Counted from the first letter of the stretch, positions 28,031 through 39,105 are shown. The stretch: DNA of 64,000 nt from Pedobacter hiemivivus (GCA_040393085.1 JBEBUV010000018.1:7933-71932); one strand, 5' to 3'. The notes: a model not told the origin generated them from the letters alone. Made by a program: numbers and translations.

Positions 28031-28801
28031 TTACCTCCCCATCCAACCACCGTCGACAGTCATCACCGTACCATGCATATAGCTTGAAGCTTCTGAAGCA
28101 AGGAACACAATTGCACCTTTAAAATCTTCGGCTTCACCCCATCTGCCTGCCGGAATACGCTCCATAATAGAGCGGCTACGATCCTCGTCAGCTCTTAATG
28201 CTGAAGTATTATCTGTAGAAATATAACCTGGCGCAATTGCATTCACATTTACACCTTTTGATGCCCACTCGTTAGCAAAAGCTTTGGTTAACTGTCCAAT
28301 TGCACCTTTACTAGCCGCATAACCGGGAACAGTAATTCCGCCCTGGAATGTTAGTAATGAAGCTGTAAAGATCACTTTCCCACTACCTCTGGCAACCATA
28401 TCCCGACCAATTTCTCTGGTCAGAATAAAAGGAGCAGTTTGGTTTACTGCCACCACCTCATCCCAAAATTCATCAGGATGTTCTGCAATAGGTTTTCTTA
28501 ATATCGTACCCGCATTATTTACCAGAATATCAATTACCGGATGATCGGTTTTTACTTTCTCACAAAATGTCTTTAAAGAATCACGGTCGCTGAAATTACA
28601 TTGATAAGCATAAAAATTTCTTCCGAATGCTTTCACAGCACTTTCCACTTCACTTCCGCTTAGCTCCAGATTTGCAGATACACCAATAATATCGGCACCC
28701 GCCTCAGCCAAAGCCTCGGCCATTGCTTTACCAATACCGCGTTTACAACCGGTAACTAAAGCTACTTTTCCTTTTAAATTGAATAAATCAAGTATTGCCA
28801 T
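28031..28801 (-). CDS. kduD: 2-dehydro-3-deoxy-D-gluconate 5-dehydrogenase (SDR)
   Basis: TGCKRGIG, NNAG, YAASK, WASKGVNVNAIAPGY, RIPAGRWG, VDGGWMGR; adjacent to kduI. Confidence 0.9.
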   Translation of the reverse strand: MAILDLFNLKGKVALVTGCKRGIGKAMAEALAEAGADIIGVSANLELSGSEVESAVKAFGRNFYAYQCNFSDRDSLKTFCEKVKTDHPVIDILVNNAGTILRKPIAEHPDEFWDEVVAVNQTAPFILTREIGRDMVARGSGKVIFTASLLTFQGGITVPGYAASKGAIGQLTKAFANEWASKGVNVNAIAPGYISTDNTSALRADEDRSRSIMERIPAGRWGEAEDFKGAIVFLASEASSYMHGTVMTVDGGWMGR

Positions 28802-28802
28802 A

Positions 28803-29645
28803 CTATTTTAAATTATTAATTGCACAATGATCCATATCGCCATAATCAAGATTTTCACCCGCCATACCCCAAATAAAAGTATAGTTACTGGTACCTGCAC
28901 CTGAGTGGATAGACCAGTTAGGTGAAATTACTGCCTGCTCATTTTGCATCCAGATATGTCTTGTTTCCTGAGGCTCGCCCATAAAATGACAAACACTTTG
29001 TCCTTCTGGCACTTCAAAATAGAAATATACTTCCATTCTTCTGTCGTGTGTATGTGCTGGCATCGTATTCCAGACACTTCCGCTTTTCAACTCTGTCATA
29101 CCCATTTGTAACTGGCAGGTAGGTAATACACTGTTTACAATTAACTTGTTAATTACACGGTGATTTGCTGTTTCAGGAGTACCCAACTCTACAATTTCGG
29201 CATCAGCTCTTGACACCTTTTTACTAGGATAAGTGTGATGTGCAGGTGCAGAATTAATATAGAATTTTGCAGGATTGTTTTTATCCTCCGATGCAAAGCT
29301 TACAGATTGTGTTCCTTTACCTAAATATAAAGCTTCTTTAAATTCAAGCTCATAAGTTACCCCATCAGCAATAACTTTACCTTTTGCACCAACGTTAATG
29401 ATACCCAGTTCTCTTCTTTCCAGAAAATAAGCTGCTTTAAGGTTTTCAGGGTTCGACAATTCTACAGCCTCATTTACCGGCATTACACCCCCAGTGATAT
29501 AGCGATCGAAATGAGATAAAGTAAGCTTAACAGCATCTGCTTCAAATAAGCTTTCCATTAAAAAATTCTTGCGTAAAGCAGCGGTATCAAATTGTTTTGC
29601 TTCACCCGGACTAACTGCATAGCGGCTTTCAAAAGATGTCTTCAT
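28803..29645 (-). CDS. kduI: 4-deoxy-L-threo-5-hexosulose-uronate ketol-isomerase
   Basis: [60 protein letters not shown]; start trimmed to MKTSF. Confidence 0.96.
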   Translation of the reverse strand: MKTSFESRYAVSPGEAKQFDTAALRKNFLMESLFEADAVKLTLSHFDRYITGGVMPVNEAVELSNPENLKAAYFLERRELGIINVGAKGKVIADGVTYELEFKEALYLGKGTQSVSFASEDKNNPAKFYINSAPAHHTYPSKKVSRADAEIVELGTPETANHRVINKLIVNSVLPTCQLQMGMTELKSGSVWNTMPAHTHDRRMEVYFYFEVPEGQSVCHFMGEPQETRHIWMQNEQAVISPNWSIHSGAGTSNYTFIWGMAGENLDYGDMDHCAINNLK

Positions 29646-29701
29646 TGTTTTGTATTTTATATTTATCAATCATCCAGCAAAGGATGTAAAGTATTTTTCA
29701 A

Positions 29702-30745
29702 TTAATTCGTAGCTGTTGATGCTCTGGTGATCAATTCTACAGGAATAATGATTGCTTCAGTTTTATACATTTGTCCACCCTCTTCATGTTTCAATAGCTC
29801 GATCAGCGCCTCCACAATCCGTTTACCAACTTGATTTGGAAATTGCTCGACAGAAGTTACTGAGGGTGTAATGATGGCTGTTCGCGGATCATTAGAATAA
29901 CCTGCAATCTTTAGCTTCCCTGGAACATCAATATTCTGCTCCTTAGCATATTCAATTGCAGCAATGGCACTGGTATCATTATTAGCAAACAATCCGTCAG
30001 GCACAATATCCTTTTCAAACAAAGCCTGCATCACCAACTTTGCATTTTCATGCGTCAGTTCCTGATGAAAGATCCACTCCTTTTGTACAGGCAAACCATG
30101 CTCTTCCATAGCCTTTAAAAACCCGGCTTCACGGTCCTGATATAGGTTTGAAGTTAAAGGACCAGATATATGCGCAATACGTTTACATCCAGCAGCAATT
30201 AAATGTTTGGTGGTTAAGTATGCACCTTTAAAATCTTCACCCTTAATTAAGGTCGCTTTGTATCCATCAACAGGAACACGATCATAAAAAATCACTGGCG
30301 TTTGGTGTTCCACAAACTTGTCGAAATGACTAAAATCTACTGTTTGTAAAGTACAAGCAGCAATTAAGGCATCCACACGTGAGGCAAATAAAGTTTCTGT
30401 AAGCTCACGTTCCATACTTACAGAATCGTTAGACTGACAAATGATCAGATTATACCCATGTTTATGCAAATCATTTTGAATGGTAGTAATCACTTCGGCA
30501 TGAAAAAACATAGAAACCCTTGGAATAATCAGTCCAACTGTATTGGTTCTATTGCTCCTTAATCCCGAAGCCATATGGTTTCTGCGGTACCCTAATTTCT
30601 GAGCCATTTCCATCACATCCTTTCGTGTCTTTTCTTTCACATAAGGATGATTATTTAATGCCCTTGAAATAGTTGCAGGCGAAAGCTTCAATGCTTCTGC
30701 AATATCCAGGATGGTGTTCTGATATGTCTTTTTACCTGCAGTCAT
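29702..30745 (-). CDS. LacI family transcriptional regulator
   Basis: TILDIAEAL.LSPATISRALN HTH, hinge YRRNHMASGL, sugar-binding domain; start trimmed to MTAGKK. Confidence 0.94.
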   Translation of the reverse strand: MTAGKKTYQNTILDIAEALKLSPATISRALNNHPYVKEKTRKDVMEMAQKLGYRRNHMASGLRSNRTNTVGLIIPRVSMFFHAEVITTIQNDLHKHGYNLIICQSNDSVSMERELTETLFASRVDALIAACTLQTVDFSHFDKFVEHQTPVIFYDRVPVDGYKATLIKGEDFKGAYLTTKHLIAAGCKRIAHISGPLTSNLYQDREAGFLKAMEEHGLPVQKEWIFHQELTHENAKLVMQALFEKDIVPDGLFANNDTSAIAAIEYAKEQNIDVPGKLKIAGYSNDPRTAIITPSVTSVEQFPNQVGKRIVEALIELLKHEEGGQMYKTEAIIIPVELITRASTATN

Positions 30746-30783
30746 AATCTTTAAATAATCGCAATCTAGCAATTATTTAAAGA

Positions 30784-30803
30784 TTATGAAAACGTTTTCA
30801 TAA
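30784..30803. promoter_or_regulatory. LacI-type operator (perfect 20-bp palindrome)
   Basis: TTATGAAAACGTTTTCATAA, CG-centred, between divergent lacI and lutA. Confidence 0.8.
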
Positions 30804-30890
30804 AATACCAGTTTAACATGAACCCTATGATGGAACAGGATGGTCTCATTATATAAAAACACTATATTTAAGCCCCAAACCTCTATACTA

Positions 30891-31625
30891 ATGACCGTAG
30901 GCTTATTTATACCTTGCTATATTGATCAGTTTTATCCAAATGCTGCTATTGCCACTTTAAATTTATTAAGTAAACTTGGCATAACAGTAAAATATCCTGT
31001 CAACCAAACCTGCTGTGGACAACCCATGGCCAATTCTGGTTTTGAACATCTGACTCAGGGATGCAATGATTTATTTATCGACAATTTTGAAGAGTTTGAT
31101 TATATAGTTTCTCCGTCAGGAAGCTGTGTATTACACATCAAAGATCATTTACATTCTCCGACAGCAGAAGATAAAGCTTTGGGTATTCGTAAAAAGGTAT
31201 ATGAATTAACGGAGTTTTTAACAGATGTATTAAAAGTTGAAAAACTGGAGGCTCGTTTCCCACATAAAGTAGGCATGCACCAAAGTTGTCATGGGCAACG
31301 TGGTTTAATGTTAGCGCAAATGACGGAATTAGTAGACGCCCCGTTTTCTAAGCCATTGCACTTATTAAATATGGTTAAAGGTTTAGAAATTGTAGAGCTG
31401 AGCAGACCTGATGAATGCTGTGGCTTTGGCGGAACATTTTGTGTTGCTGAAGAGGCGGTTTCTGTAAAAATGGGAAAAGATCGTGTAGAAGACCATATAA
31501 ATCACGGTGCAGAATACATCACCGCTGCTGATATGTCTTGTTTAATGCATATGGAGGGTATTCTTCGCCGACAAAACAGTCATGTAAAAGTGCTGCATAT
31601 TGCAGAAATATTAAATGCCGAATAG
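30891..31625 (+). CDS. lutA: Lactate utilization protein A (YkgE/LldE; two CCG domains)
   Basis: FIPCYIDQ, QTCCGQP, SGSC, HQSCH, ECCGFGGTF, DMSCLMH; start trimmed to MTVGLF. Confidence 0.9.
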   Translation: MTVGLFIPCYIDQFYPNAAIATLNLLSKLGITVKYPVNQTCCGQPMANSGFEHLTQGCNDLFIDNFEEFDYIVSPSGSCVLHIKDHLHSPTAEDKALGIRKKVYELTEFLTDVLKVEKLEARFPHKVGMHQSCHGQRGLMLAQMTELVDAPFSKPLHLLNMVKGLEIVELSRPDECCGFGGTFCVAEEAVSVKMGKDRVEDHINHGAEYITAADMSCLMHMEGILRRQNSHVKVLHIAEILNAE

Positions 31626-31655
31626 TTTAAAAAGGATAGTACAGCAATTGAGAAA

Positions 31656-33035
31656 ATGAGTTCAGAAAGAAAAGACCACGCAGCCTTATCAGAGATATTC
31701 AATAAAGATGAAGCAAGGGTAGACTGGCACGACGAGACTTTATGGTTTGTTCGCGCCAAGCGCGATAAGGCAGCCCATAGCATCCCAGAATGGGAAATAT
31801 TAAGGGAAACAGCTTCGCAAATCAAGAACAACGTACTTTCCAATCTGCATAATTACCTGATTGATTTTGAAACTCATGCAAAAAATAACGGGGTTATTGT
31901 TCATTGGGCTGCTAATGCAGAAGAACATAACCAGATTGTTCATTCGATATTAAAAAAACATAAGGTAGACCGCCTCATCAAGAGTAAATCAATGCTTACC
32001 GAGGAGTGTCACCTAAACGAATACCTACATAACAATGGCATTGATGTTATTGATACTGACCTGGGCGAGCGTATTGTACAGTTGGCAAAAGAACCCCCAA
32101 GTCATATCGTATTACCTTGTATTCATAAAAAGAAAGAAGAAATTGGCGACCTATTTCACGAGCATCTGGGCACTCCTGAGGGAATGGCTGATCCTCAATT
32201 TTTAACTGCAGCCGCACGTGAACATTTACGTGAAACTTTTTTAACACGCAGAGCTGCCATCACAGGTGTGAACTTTGCAGTTGCCGAAACAGGCGAATTT
32301 TTAGTTTGCACCAATGAGGGAAATGCAGATATGGGTGCACACCTTGCTGATGTACATATTGCTTGTATGGGTATTGAAAAGATTATACCTAACCGTAAAA
32401 ACCTGGGCGTATTTTTAAGATTGCTGACCAGAAGTGCTACCGGACAACCTATTACTACATATTCCAGTCATTTTAGGAAACCAAGACCGGGACAAGAAAT
32501 GCATATTGTATTGGTTGATAATGGTCGAACAACACAATTGAGTCGTCCTGATTTCAGAAACTCATTGAAATGTATCCGTTGTGCTGCCTGTATGAACACC
32601 TGTCCGGTTTACCGCAGAAGTGGTGGTCACAGTTATCACACCGCAGTGGCTGGTCCAATTGGTTCTATACTTGCACCTAACCTGGATATGAGGGAATATG
32701 CAGATTTGCCTTTCGCCTCTACCCTATGTGGTTCCTGTACTAATGTGTGTCCAGTTAAAATCAACATACATGAGCAACTATATAAATGGCGACAAGTCAT
32801 TGTAAAAGAAGGCTATGCTGATCCTAAAAAGAAAATAGCGATGAAAGCGATGGAATTTACCTTGTCCAGTCCTTTTGTTTATAGAAATGCCGGTAAAGCA
32901 GGTCGTTGGTTCATGAAACATGCGCCATTTACAGTAAACAACAAAATTAATTTATGGTATCAGCAGCGTGAAATGCCTGCAGTACCGAAAGAATCATTTG
33001 GAGAGTGGTATAAAAAAAATAAAAACAATGACTAG
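31656..33035 (+). CDS. lutB: Lactate utilization protein B (YkgF/LldF; 4Fe-4S)
   Basis: KSKSMLTEE, TDLGE, PSHIVLP, TNEGN, CIRCAACMNTCPVY, STLCGSCTNVCPVKI. Confidence 0.93.
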   Translation: MSSERKDHAALSEIFNKDEARVDWHDETLWFVRAKRDKAAHSIPEWEILRETASQIKNNVLSNLHNYLIDFETHAKNNGVIVHWAANAEEHNQIVHSILKKHKVDRLIKSKSMLTEECHLNEYLHNNGIDVIDTDLGERIVQLAKEPPSHIVLPCIHKKKEEIGDLFHEHLGTPEGMADPQFLTAAAREHLRETFLTRRAAITGVNFAVAETGEFLVCTNEGNADMGAHLADVHIACMGIEKIIPNRKNLGVFLRLLTRSATGQPITTYSSHFRKPRPGQEMHIVLVDNGRTTQLSRPDFRNSLKCIRCAACMNTCPVYRRSGGHSYHTAVAGPIGSILAPNLDMREYADLPFASTLCGSCTNVCPVKINIHEQLYKWRQVIVKEGYADPKKKIAMKAMEFTLSSPFVYRNAGKAGRWFMKHAPFTVNNKINLWYQQREMPAVPKESFGEWYKKNKNND

Positions 33036-33609
33036 CAGAGAACAGATTTTAGCAAAAGTATTGGCCAATCAACCCGAAGCTCAATCACTTCCAGTCGATT
33101 TGTTAACCGCATTTCCAGTGGCCAATCCATTAAAAGCTTTTGCTACTGTATTGACCAATATAGGCGGTAATTTTGTAGCATTGAAAGACTATAAGGCTAT
33201 TAAAGATTACATTAACGAACAATTTCCGGATCAGCGTATTGTATCCACTTTAACTGAGCTTTCAGAAGTTTCAGAGCAAGGATGGGAAAATCAAGATCCC
33301 CATAGCTATGCTAATGTAGATCTGGCTATAATCAGTGGCCATTTTGGTGTTGCCGAAAATGCTGCTGTATGGATAACAGAAGATTTAATGCATCAGCGTG
33401 CAGTACCTTTTATTTGTCAGCAGCTAGCGGTAGTCATAAAAAACACCGAAATTGTTCAAACCATGCATGATGCTTATGTAAAAATAGGCAATGCTGAATA
33501 TGGTTTTGGAAGCTTTATTGCCGGCCCATCTAAAACAGCCGATATAGAGCAATCCCTGGTTTTAGGTGCTCATGGCCCTAAAGGAATGACGGTTTTTGTA
33601 ATTGATTAA
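33028..33609 (+). CDS. lutC: Lactate utilization protein C (LUD domain)
   Basis: GVAENAAVW, FIAGPSKTADIEQSLVLGAHGP; ATG at 33028 overlaps the lutB end. Confidence 0.92.
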   Translation: MTSREQILAKVLANQPEAQSLPVDLLTAFPVANPLKAFATVLTNIGGNFVALKDYKAIKDYINEQFPDQRIVSTLTELSEVSEQGWENQDPHSYANVDLAIISGHFGVAENAAVWITEDLMHQRAVPFICQQLAVVIKNTEIVQTMHDAYVKIGNAEYGFGSFIAGPSKTADIEQSLVLGAHGPKGMTVFVID

Positions 33610-33633
33610 TGATTGAGTAATTCTTTTGGTTGA

Positions 33634-34881
33634 TTAGTCTTCTTCAATAAAATCGAGGTCTTTATGATGGGTTTCTGGAATTGTTCTGATACAATAGAAA
33701 CCTATTCCAAAACATATTAAGCCCACTATACCAGCTGCATGTAGTTCTAAAACCTGCGGCTTTAATGTGGTATATAAGGTAGTCATTAACACCACTGTCC
33801 CCCTCACCATATTGGGTATAGTTGTAGCAGCCGTAGCCCTTATATTTGTACCAAATTGTTCTGCACCAATCGTAACGAACATAGCCCAATAGCCGATTCC
33901 AAATCCCATCCATACACATATAGCATAAAGACCTGTTGAGGTAGTAATGCCTGCATATAGATATATTAATGCACCAACTACGGTAAACGCCATCATATAA
34001 GTTACAGTACGGATACGCGATTCAAGCCAATAACTGACCACTCCACTAAGTAAATCCCCAATAGAAAGTCCCACATAGCACCACATTACTGCAAGGCCGG
34101 GCTTAATCGCTTCACTAATACCCAGAGCTTTGCCAAATTCATTACTAAATGTGGCCAATACACCTATGATATACCAGGTAGGCAAGCCAATCCCAATACA
34201 TTTTAAGTATAATATAAGTCTGCTTTTCTTCGTAAAAAAAGAGAGAAAATTACCTTTTGCAACATGGGATTTTTCTTTCATCGTATGAAACATCCCAGAT
34301 TCAAAAACACCGACTCTTAACAATAGCAGCAAGATACCCATTCCACCACCAATAAAATAAGCATTTCTCCAACTGAAAAGCTCTACAGTAAAATAGCCCA
34401 CAATAGCACCTAGCAAGCCTACACCCGCCACTAACGAAGTACCAATTGCCCTTAATCGCTTAGGTAAACTCTCCGAGACTAAAGTGATTCCGGCACCCAA
34501 CTCGCCCGCCAAACCAATCCCTGCAATAAAACGAAGAACCTTGTAAACAGTTACATCATGTACAAAACCACAGGCAAAGTTTGCCAAAGAGTAAGTAATA
34601 ATAGAACCAAACAATACCGATAATCTGCCTTTTTTATCTCCCAATATTCCCCAGAGTATGCCTCCGAGCAATAAGCCTGTCATTTGCCAGTTTAAAATAC
34701 TTGCTCCCTCTATAGAAACGGCAGCTTCATCAAGCCCCAATTCGGTTAAACTGGGTATCCTTACAATACCAAACAGCAGCAAATCATAAATATCTACGAA
34801 ATAGCCAAGTGCGGCTACAATTACGGGAGCACTGAACAGATATGCTGCAGCACTTTTCTCTTTAATTATTTGGTCATTCAA
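33634..34881 (-). CDS. MFS transporter
   Basis: LGYFVDIYD, GILGDKKGRLSV, GLAGELG, AEQFGTNIRATA; 12-TM pattern. Confidence 0.9.
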   Translation of the reverse strand: MNDQIIKEKSAAAYLFSAPVIVAALGYFVDIYDLLLFGIVRIPSLTELGLDEAAVSIEGASILNWQMTGLLLGGILWGILGDKKGRLSVLFGSIITYSLANFACGFVHDVTVYKVLRFIAGIGLAGELGAGITLVSESLPKRLRAIGTSLVAGVGLLGAIVGYFTVELFSWRNAYFIGGGMGILLLLLRVGVFESGMFHTMKEKSHVAKGNFLSFFTKKSRLILYLKCIGIGLPTWYIIGVLATFSNEFGKALGISEAIKPGLAVMWCYVGLSIGDLLSGVVSYWLESRIRTVTYMMAFTVVGALIYLYAGITTSTGLYAICVWMGFGIGYWAMFVTIGAEQFGTNIRATAATTIPNMVRGTVVLMTTLYTTLKPQVLELHAAGIVGLICFGIGFYCIRTIPETHHKDLDFIEED

Positions 34882-35015
34882 GCTTCAAGAATTATTATAC
34901 TAAGATATTTGTTTTTATAAAAATCTTCTATCTACAACTCAAATATATTTTTCCTTTGAAGCATGCCTTACCTTTTCATCGATGATAATCAATTTTCGAT
35001 TCAATACACATTCAT

Positions 35016-35023
35016 TATATTTG
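35016..35023 (+). promoter_or_regulatory. Primary-sigma -7 element (TATATTTG) for yiaK
   Basis: Exact TAnnTTTG, 17 nt before the ATG at 35041; supports the trimmed start. Confidence 0.55.
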
Positions 35024-35040
35024 GACATAAACTTCCCATT

Positions 35041-36024
35041 ATGCGCGTATCCTATCAAGAACTCCATTCAGAATTCAAAAGAGTACTTTTAAAATTATTA
35101 TTTACAGCTGAAATGGCGGAGACCTGTTCTACAATCTTTGCAGAAAACAGCAGGGATGGAATTTACTCTCATGGCTTAAACAGATTTCCTGTATTTATAG
35201 AACATGTGAAGCAAGGTCTGGTTTTACCATCTGCTATGCCAGAATTATTGGAAAGTAATGGTAGTATTGAGCGTTGGGACGGAAAGTTTGCACCCGGCAT
35301 GTTTAATGCAACCCATGCCATGAACCGTGCTATATCTTTGGCTAAAGAGAATGGTATTGGTTGTGTGGCCATCAAAAATACTAATCATTGGATGCGTGGT
35401 GGAACTTATGGCTGGCAAGCTGCAGAAGCAGGATGCATAGGTATATGTTTTACCAATGCTACGGCTAATATGCCGGCCTGGGGCGGGTCATCTCCTGTCT
35501 TAGGCAACAATCCCTTAGTTATTGCCGTACCTCGTCCAAAGGGACATATAGTGCTTGATATGGCTATGTCTCAGTTTTCCTATGGCAAGATGCAGGAGTA
35601 TGAATTAAAAGAAGAAATGCTTCCTTTCCCAGGAGGATATGATGAGTCAGGAAATTTAAGTTCCGATCCTGCAGAAATCAGAAAAACCAAACTCGCCCTG
35701 CCAATTGGCTTTTGGAAAGGCTCTGGTCTTTCTTTAATGCTCGACATACTGGCTGTAGCACTTAGTGGCGGTCGATCCACCGAGAAAATATCAGCAGATA
35801 AATACGAAACTGGTGTGTCGCAATGCTTCATCTGTATCAATCAGCCAGATCTACATAGTTCCATGATCGAACAAATTCTCGGCTTCACTAAAAGCAGTAC
35901 GGAAATTGAGCCTGGAACTCCGATCACTTACCCCGGAGAACGGACTTTAAAAACACGTATAGAGAACGAAAAAAATGGCATCCCTGTAAATGATGAAATC
36001 TGGGCACAAGTAAAAAGCATGTAA
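35041..36024 (+). CDS. yiaK: 3-dehydro-L-gulonate 2-dehydrogenase (2,3-diketo-L-gulonate reductase; Ldh_2 family)
   Basis: GIYSHGLNRFP, NTNHWMRGGTYGWQAAE, GNNPLVIAVP, LDMAMSQFSYGK, GFWKGSGL, YPGE. Confidence 0.9.
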   Translation: MRVSYQELHSEFKRVLLKLLFTAEMAETCSTIFAENSRDGIYSHGLNRFPVFIEHVKQGLVLPSAMPELLESNGSIERWDGKFAPGMFNATHAMNRAISLAKENGIGCVAIKNTNHWMRGGTYGWQAAEAGCIGICFTNATANMPAWGGSSPVLGNNPLVIAVPRPKGHIVLDMAMSQFSYGKMQEYELKEEMLPFPGGYDESGNLSSDPAEIRKTKLALPIGFWKGSGLSLMLDILAVALSGGRSTEKISADKYETGVSQCFICINQPDLHSSMIEQILGFTKSSTEIEPGTPITYPGERTLKTRIENEKNGIPVNDEIWAQVKSM

Positions 36025-36320
36025 AACAGGCAAGGCAAACAGATGACATCATTCGATCAGGCTATTGATCTTCATATCTAATATGCTTAAGCAAAACAGG
36101 CCCTGTACCTCCCTGTCATGGGTTTAATATTTAAGAAAACTATCTACTTAAAATATTGCAAATTACAGGATGCTACAGGTTGCGGAAATCAATTATATAA
36201 TCGTACTTCGAACTTATGAAGCAAAATATGATGACGAACTTTATGTTCAATTCATATCTAAAATTCAGAAAAGCAGTTCTTTTTTATAGCTGAATAGCAA
36301 ATAATAACACACACACAAAT

Positions 36321-39071
36321 ATGAAGAAATTTATTACCTGCCTGCTAACGGCGTTACTGGTCAGCTCCATGCTTTCCGCAAATGCTGCATTAGATCCAAA
36401 AAGACTAACCTGCGAATACATTGAAAATCCACTAGGTATTGAAACCAGAACACCTCGCTTTAGCTGGATACTCTCCTCAGCAGAAAGAAATCAAAAACAA
36501 ACTTCTTACGAATTAATCGTAAGTGAAAACCAGAAAGATCTCCAAAGCTCAAAAGGCTTAATATGGAACAGTGGCAAGGTAAATACTGCCCAAAGTTTAC
36601 ACATTAAATACGAGGGGCAACCCCTTACCTCCTTTAAACGCTATTACTGGAAAGTAAGGGTATTTGATAGCAATGGAAAAGCATCGGCATGGAGCAATAC
36701 CAACTGGTTTGAAACAGCCATGTTAGATGAGTCTGACTGGACCGCAGAATGGATTGGCGACGGGAGCAGACAATTTAAAAAAGAGGAAGACTTTTATCAG
36801 GAAGATCCATCACCACTTTTAAGAAAATCGTTCACTGCAAGTAAAAAACCAGTTTCTGCGCGACTATACATTAGTGGTCAAGGATATTATGAAGCTTATA
36901 TCAATGGCAAAAAAGTAGGCAATCATGTACTTGATCCAGGATGGACTTCAAAAGAGAAACAGTCCTTATATTGCGTATATGATGTAACCTCCATGATTCA
37001 ACGAGGCAACAATACTACAGGTGTTATATTAGGTAATGGATTTTACAACCCCCTACCATTGCGCCTGTTTGGAAAATTTAATATACGCGATGCACAAGAA
37101 ACTGGTCGCCCTTGCTTAAAGGCAGAAATCCACATCCGCTATTCTGACGGTACACTTGAAAAGATTATCACCAATGAAAAATGGCAAACTGCACCAGGAC
37201 CTGTAATTAAAAACAGTGTTTACCTGGGAGAGCATTACGATGCAAGAAGAGAAAAAGCAAACTGGAACAGTAACAGTTCCCTTAAAACGATGGCCAATTG
37301 GAAAAATGCAGCACTGGAGCAAGGACCATCAGGTAAACTTTCTTTACAAATGCAACCACCAATCCGCGCTACAAAAGTTTTGAAACCCACACAGGTTAAA
37401 GAAATAAAGCCTGGCGTATTTGTATTCGATATGGGGCAAAATTTTGCCGGTGTAGCCAGAATAACGGTACAAGGACCAGCAGGCACACGTGTAAACCTAA
37501 AATATGGTGAAGATATCCATAAAGACGGTTCATTAAACTTTTTCACAGCAGTAACGGGACAAATCAAATCTGGAAATGGTGGCCCTGGGGCCCCACAAAT
37601 AGCCTGGCAAGAAGATAGCTACACCTTAAAGGGATCAGGAAAAGAAATATGGGCGCCACGTTTTACCTTTCACAGTTTCCGCTATGTAGAAATTACAGGA
37701 TGGCCGGGAACACCAACATTAAATGATATTGTAGGACTAAGGTTAAATACTGATCTGGAACAAACAGGAGAATTCAGCAGCTCAAACGAAATGTTTAACC
37801 GAATTGATAAAATCGCAAACTGGACGTTCTTGAGTAATGTGTTCAGTGTCCAGTCGGATTGCCCTGCCCGTGAAAAGCTGGGTTATGGAGGCGACATTGT
37901 AGCTACTGCAGAAACTTTCCTTTACAGTTTTAACATGGCACAATTTTACAAAAAAGCCATTCAGGATTTCAGAAATGACCAGCGTCCAAAGGGTGGTTTT
38001 ACTGAAACTGCCCCTTATATAGGAATTGCAGATTTAGGTCAAGGTGGTGGAACAGGACCACTTGGATGGCAACTAGCTTATCCGGTGATGTTGAAACAAC
38101 TGTATGAATTTTATGGTGACAAACAGGTGTTAGAAGAAGGATATCCAGCTTTTCAACATCAAATGAACTTCCTAAAAACTCAAACCAGTGATCACCTCTT
38201 TTACAAAGATATTAGTGACCATGAAGCACTAGATACCAAACCTGAAGCACTGACGGCAGCATTATTTTACTATCACCATGCCAAATTGATCGCCGAATTT
38301 GCCGAAATACTCGGTAAATCAGCCGATGCAAAAGCTTATCAGCAGTTAACAGCACAAATTAAAACAGCCATCAAAAAAAAATACAAAGTAGAGAATAGCG
38401 GTCAGTACGACAATGGTACACAGACAGCACAAATATTTGCACTTTATTACGGGATGCCAACAGCAACAGAACAGCCACAAGTATTCAAAAAACTGGAAGA
38501 TGCATTTGCTACAAAGAACTGGCATTTATCGACCGGCATATTCGCTACAAAAATGATGTTTGATGTATTAAGAGAAAGAGATCAAAACGAAATGGCTTAC
38601 CGTATTGCCAATCAGCGGGATTTTCCGGGTTGGGGGTATATGGCCGACAATGGTGCTACCACCTTATGGGAAACCTGGGCTTATTCAGACAATATTTATT
38701 CACAAAACCATCCGATGTTCGGTTCTATAGTCGAATGGTATTACCGTTCATTGTTAGGGATAAACTCTGCAAAAGCCGGATTTGAACGTATTCAGATTAA
38801 ACCACAGCCTGCTGGGGATCTCACTTGGGCTAAAGGTAGTTACAACTCTATTCGTGGTTTAATTAGCAGTAGCTGGAGAATAACAGACGGTGTGTTTAAA
38901 CTAGATGTAGGTATCCCGGCAAACTGTACTGCAGAAATCTGGGTTCCTATAAAAGGAAATGGTTTTACAAAAAACACTGAGCTGGTAAAAGCCGATAAAG
39001 ACATACAGTTTTTACGCTCAGTGCCAGGTTATGACATATACGAAGTTGCTTCAGGAAATTACTCATTCTAA
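36321..39071 (+). CDS. GH78 alpha-L-rhamnosidase
   Basis: N-terminal Ig-like domain (P.FSW), YLGEHYDAR, DMGQNFAG, FTFHSFRYVE, SDCPARE, GATTLWETW, SQNHPMFG; signal peptide. Confidence 0.92.
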   Translation: MKKFITCLLTALLVSSMLSANAALDPKRLTCEYIENPLGIETRTPRFSWILSSAERNQKQTSYELIVSENQKDLQSSKGLIWNSGKVNTAQSLHIKYEGQPLTSFKRYYWKVRVFDSNGKASAWSNTNWFETAMLDESDWTAEWIGDGSRQFKKEEDFYQEDPSPLLRKSFTASKKPVSARLYISGQGYYEAYINGKKVGNHVLDPGWTSKEKQSLYCVYDVTSMIQRGNNTTGVILGNGFYNPLPLRLFGKFNIRDAQETGRPCLKAEIHIRYSDGTLEKIITNEKWQTAPGPVIKNSVYLGEHYDARREKANWNSNSSLKTMANWKNAALEQGPSGKLSLQMQPPIRATKVLKPTQVKEIKPGVFVFDMGQNFAGVARITVQGPAGTRVNLKYGEDIHKDGSLNFFTAVTGQIKSGNGGPGAPQIAWQEDSYTLKGSGKEIWAPRFTFHSFRYVEITGWPGTPTLNDIVGLRLNTDLEQTGEFSSSNEMFNRIDKIANWTFLSNVFSVQSDCPAREKLGYGGDIVATAETFLYSFNMAQFYKKAIQDFRNDQRPKGGFTETAPYIGIADLGQGGGTGPLGWQLAYPVMLKQLYEFYGDKQVLEEGYPAFQHQMNFLKTQTSDHLFYKDISDHEALDTKPEALTAALFYYHHAKLIAEFAEILGKSADAKAYQQLTAQIKTAIKKKYKVENSGQYDNGTQTAQIFALYYGMPTATEQPQVFKKLEDAFATKNWHLSTGIFATKMMFDVLRERDQNEMAYRIANQRDFPGWGYMADNGATTLWETWAYSDNIYSQNHPMFGSIVEWYYRSLLGINSAKAGFERIQIKPQPAGDLTWAKGSYNSIRGLISSSWRITDGVFKLDVGIPANCTAEIWVPIKGNGFTKNTELVKADKDIQFLRSVPGYDIYEVASGNYSF

Positions 39072-39105
39072 AAACATGGATAACAATAAACCAGGATAGG
39101 ATATT

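Noticed and set aside
36217-36318. 25-aa ORF (MKQNMMTNFMFNSYLKFRKAVLFYS) and an (AC)5 run upstream of GH78, as a leader peptide or contingency repeat
   Set aside because: No attenuator structure is evident and the repeat is too short.
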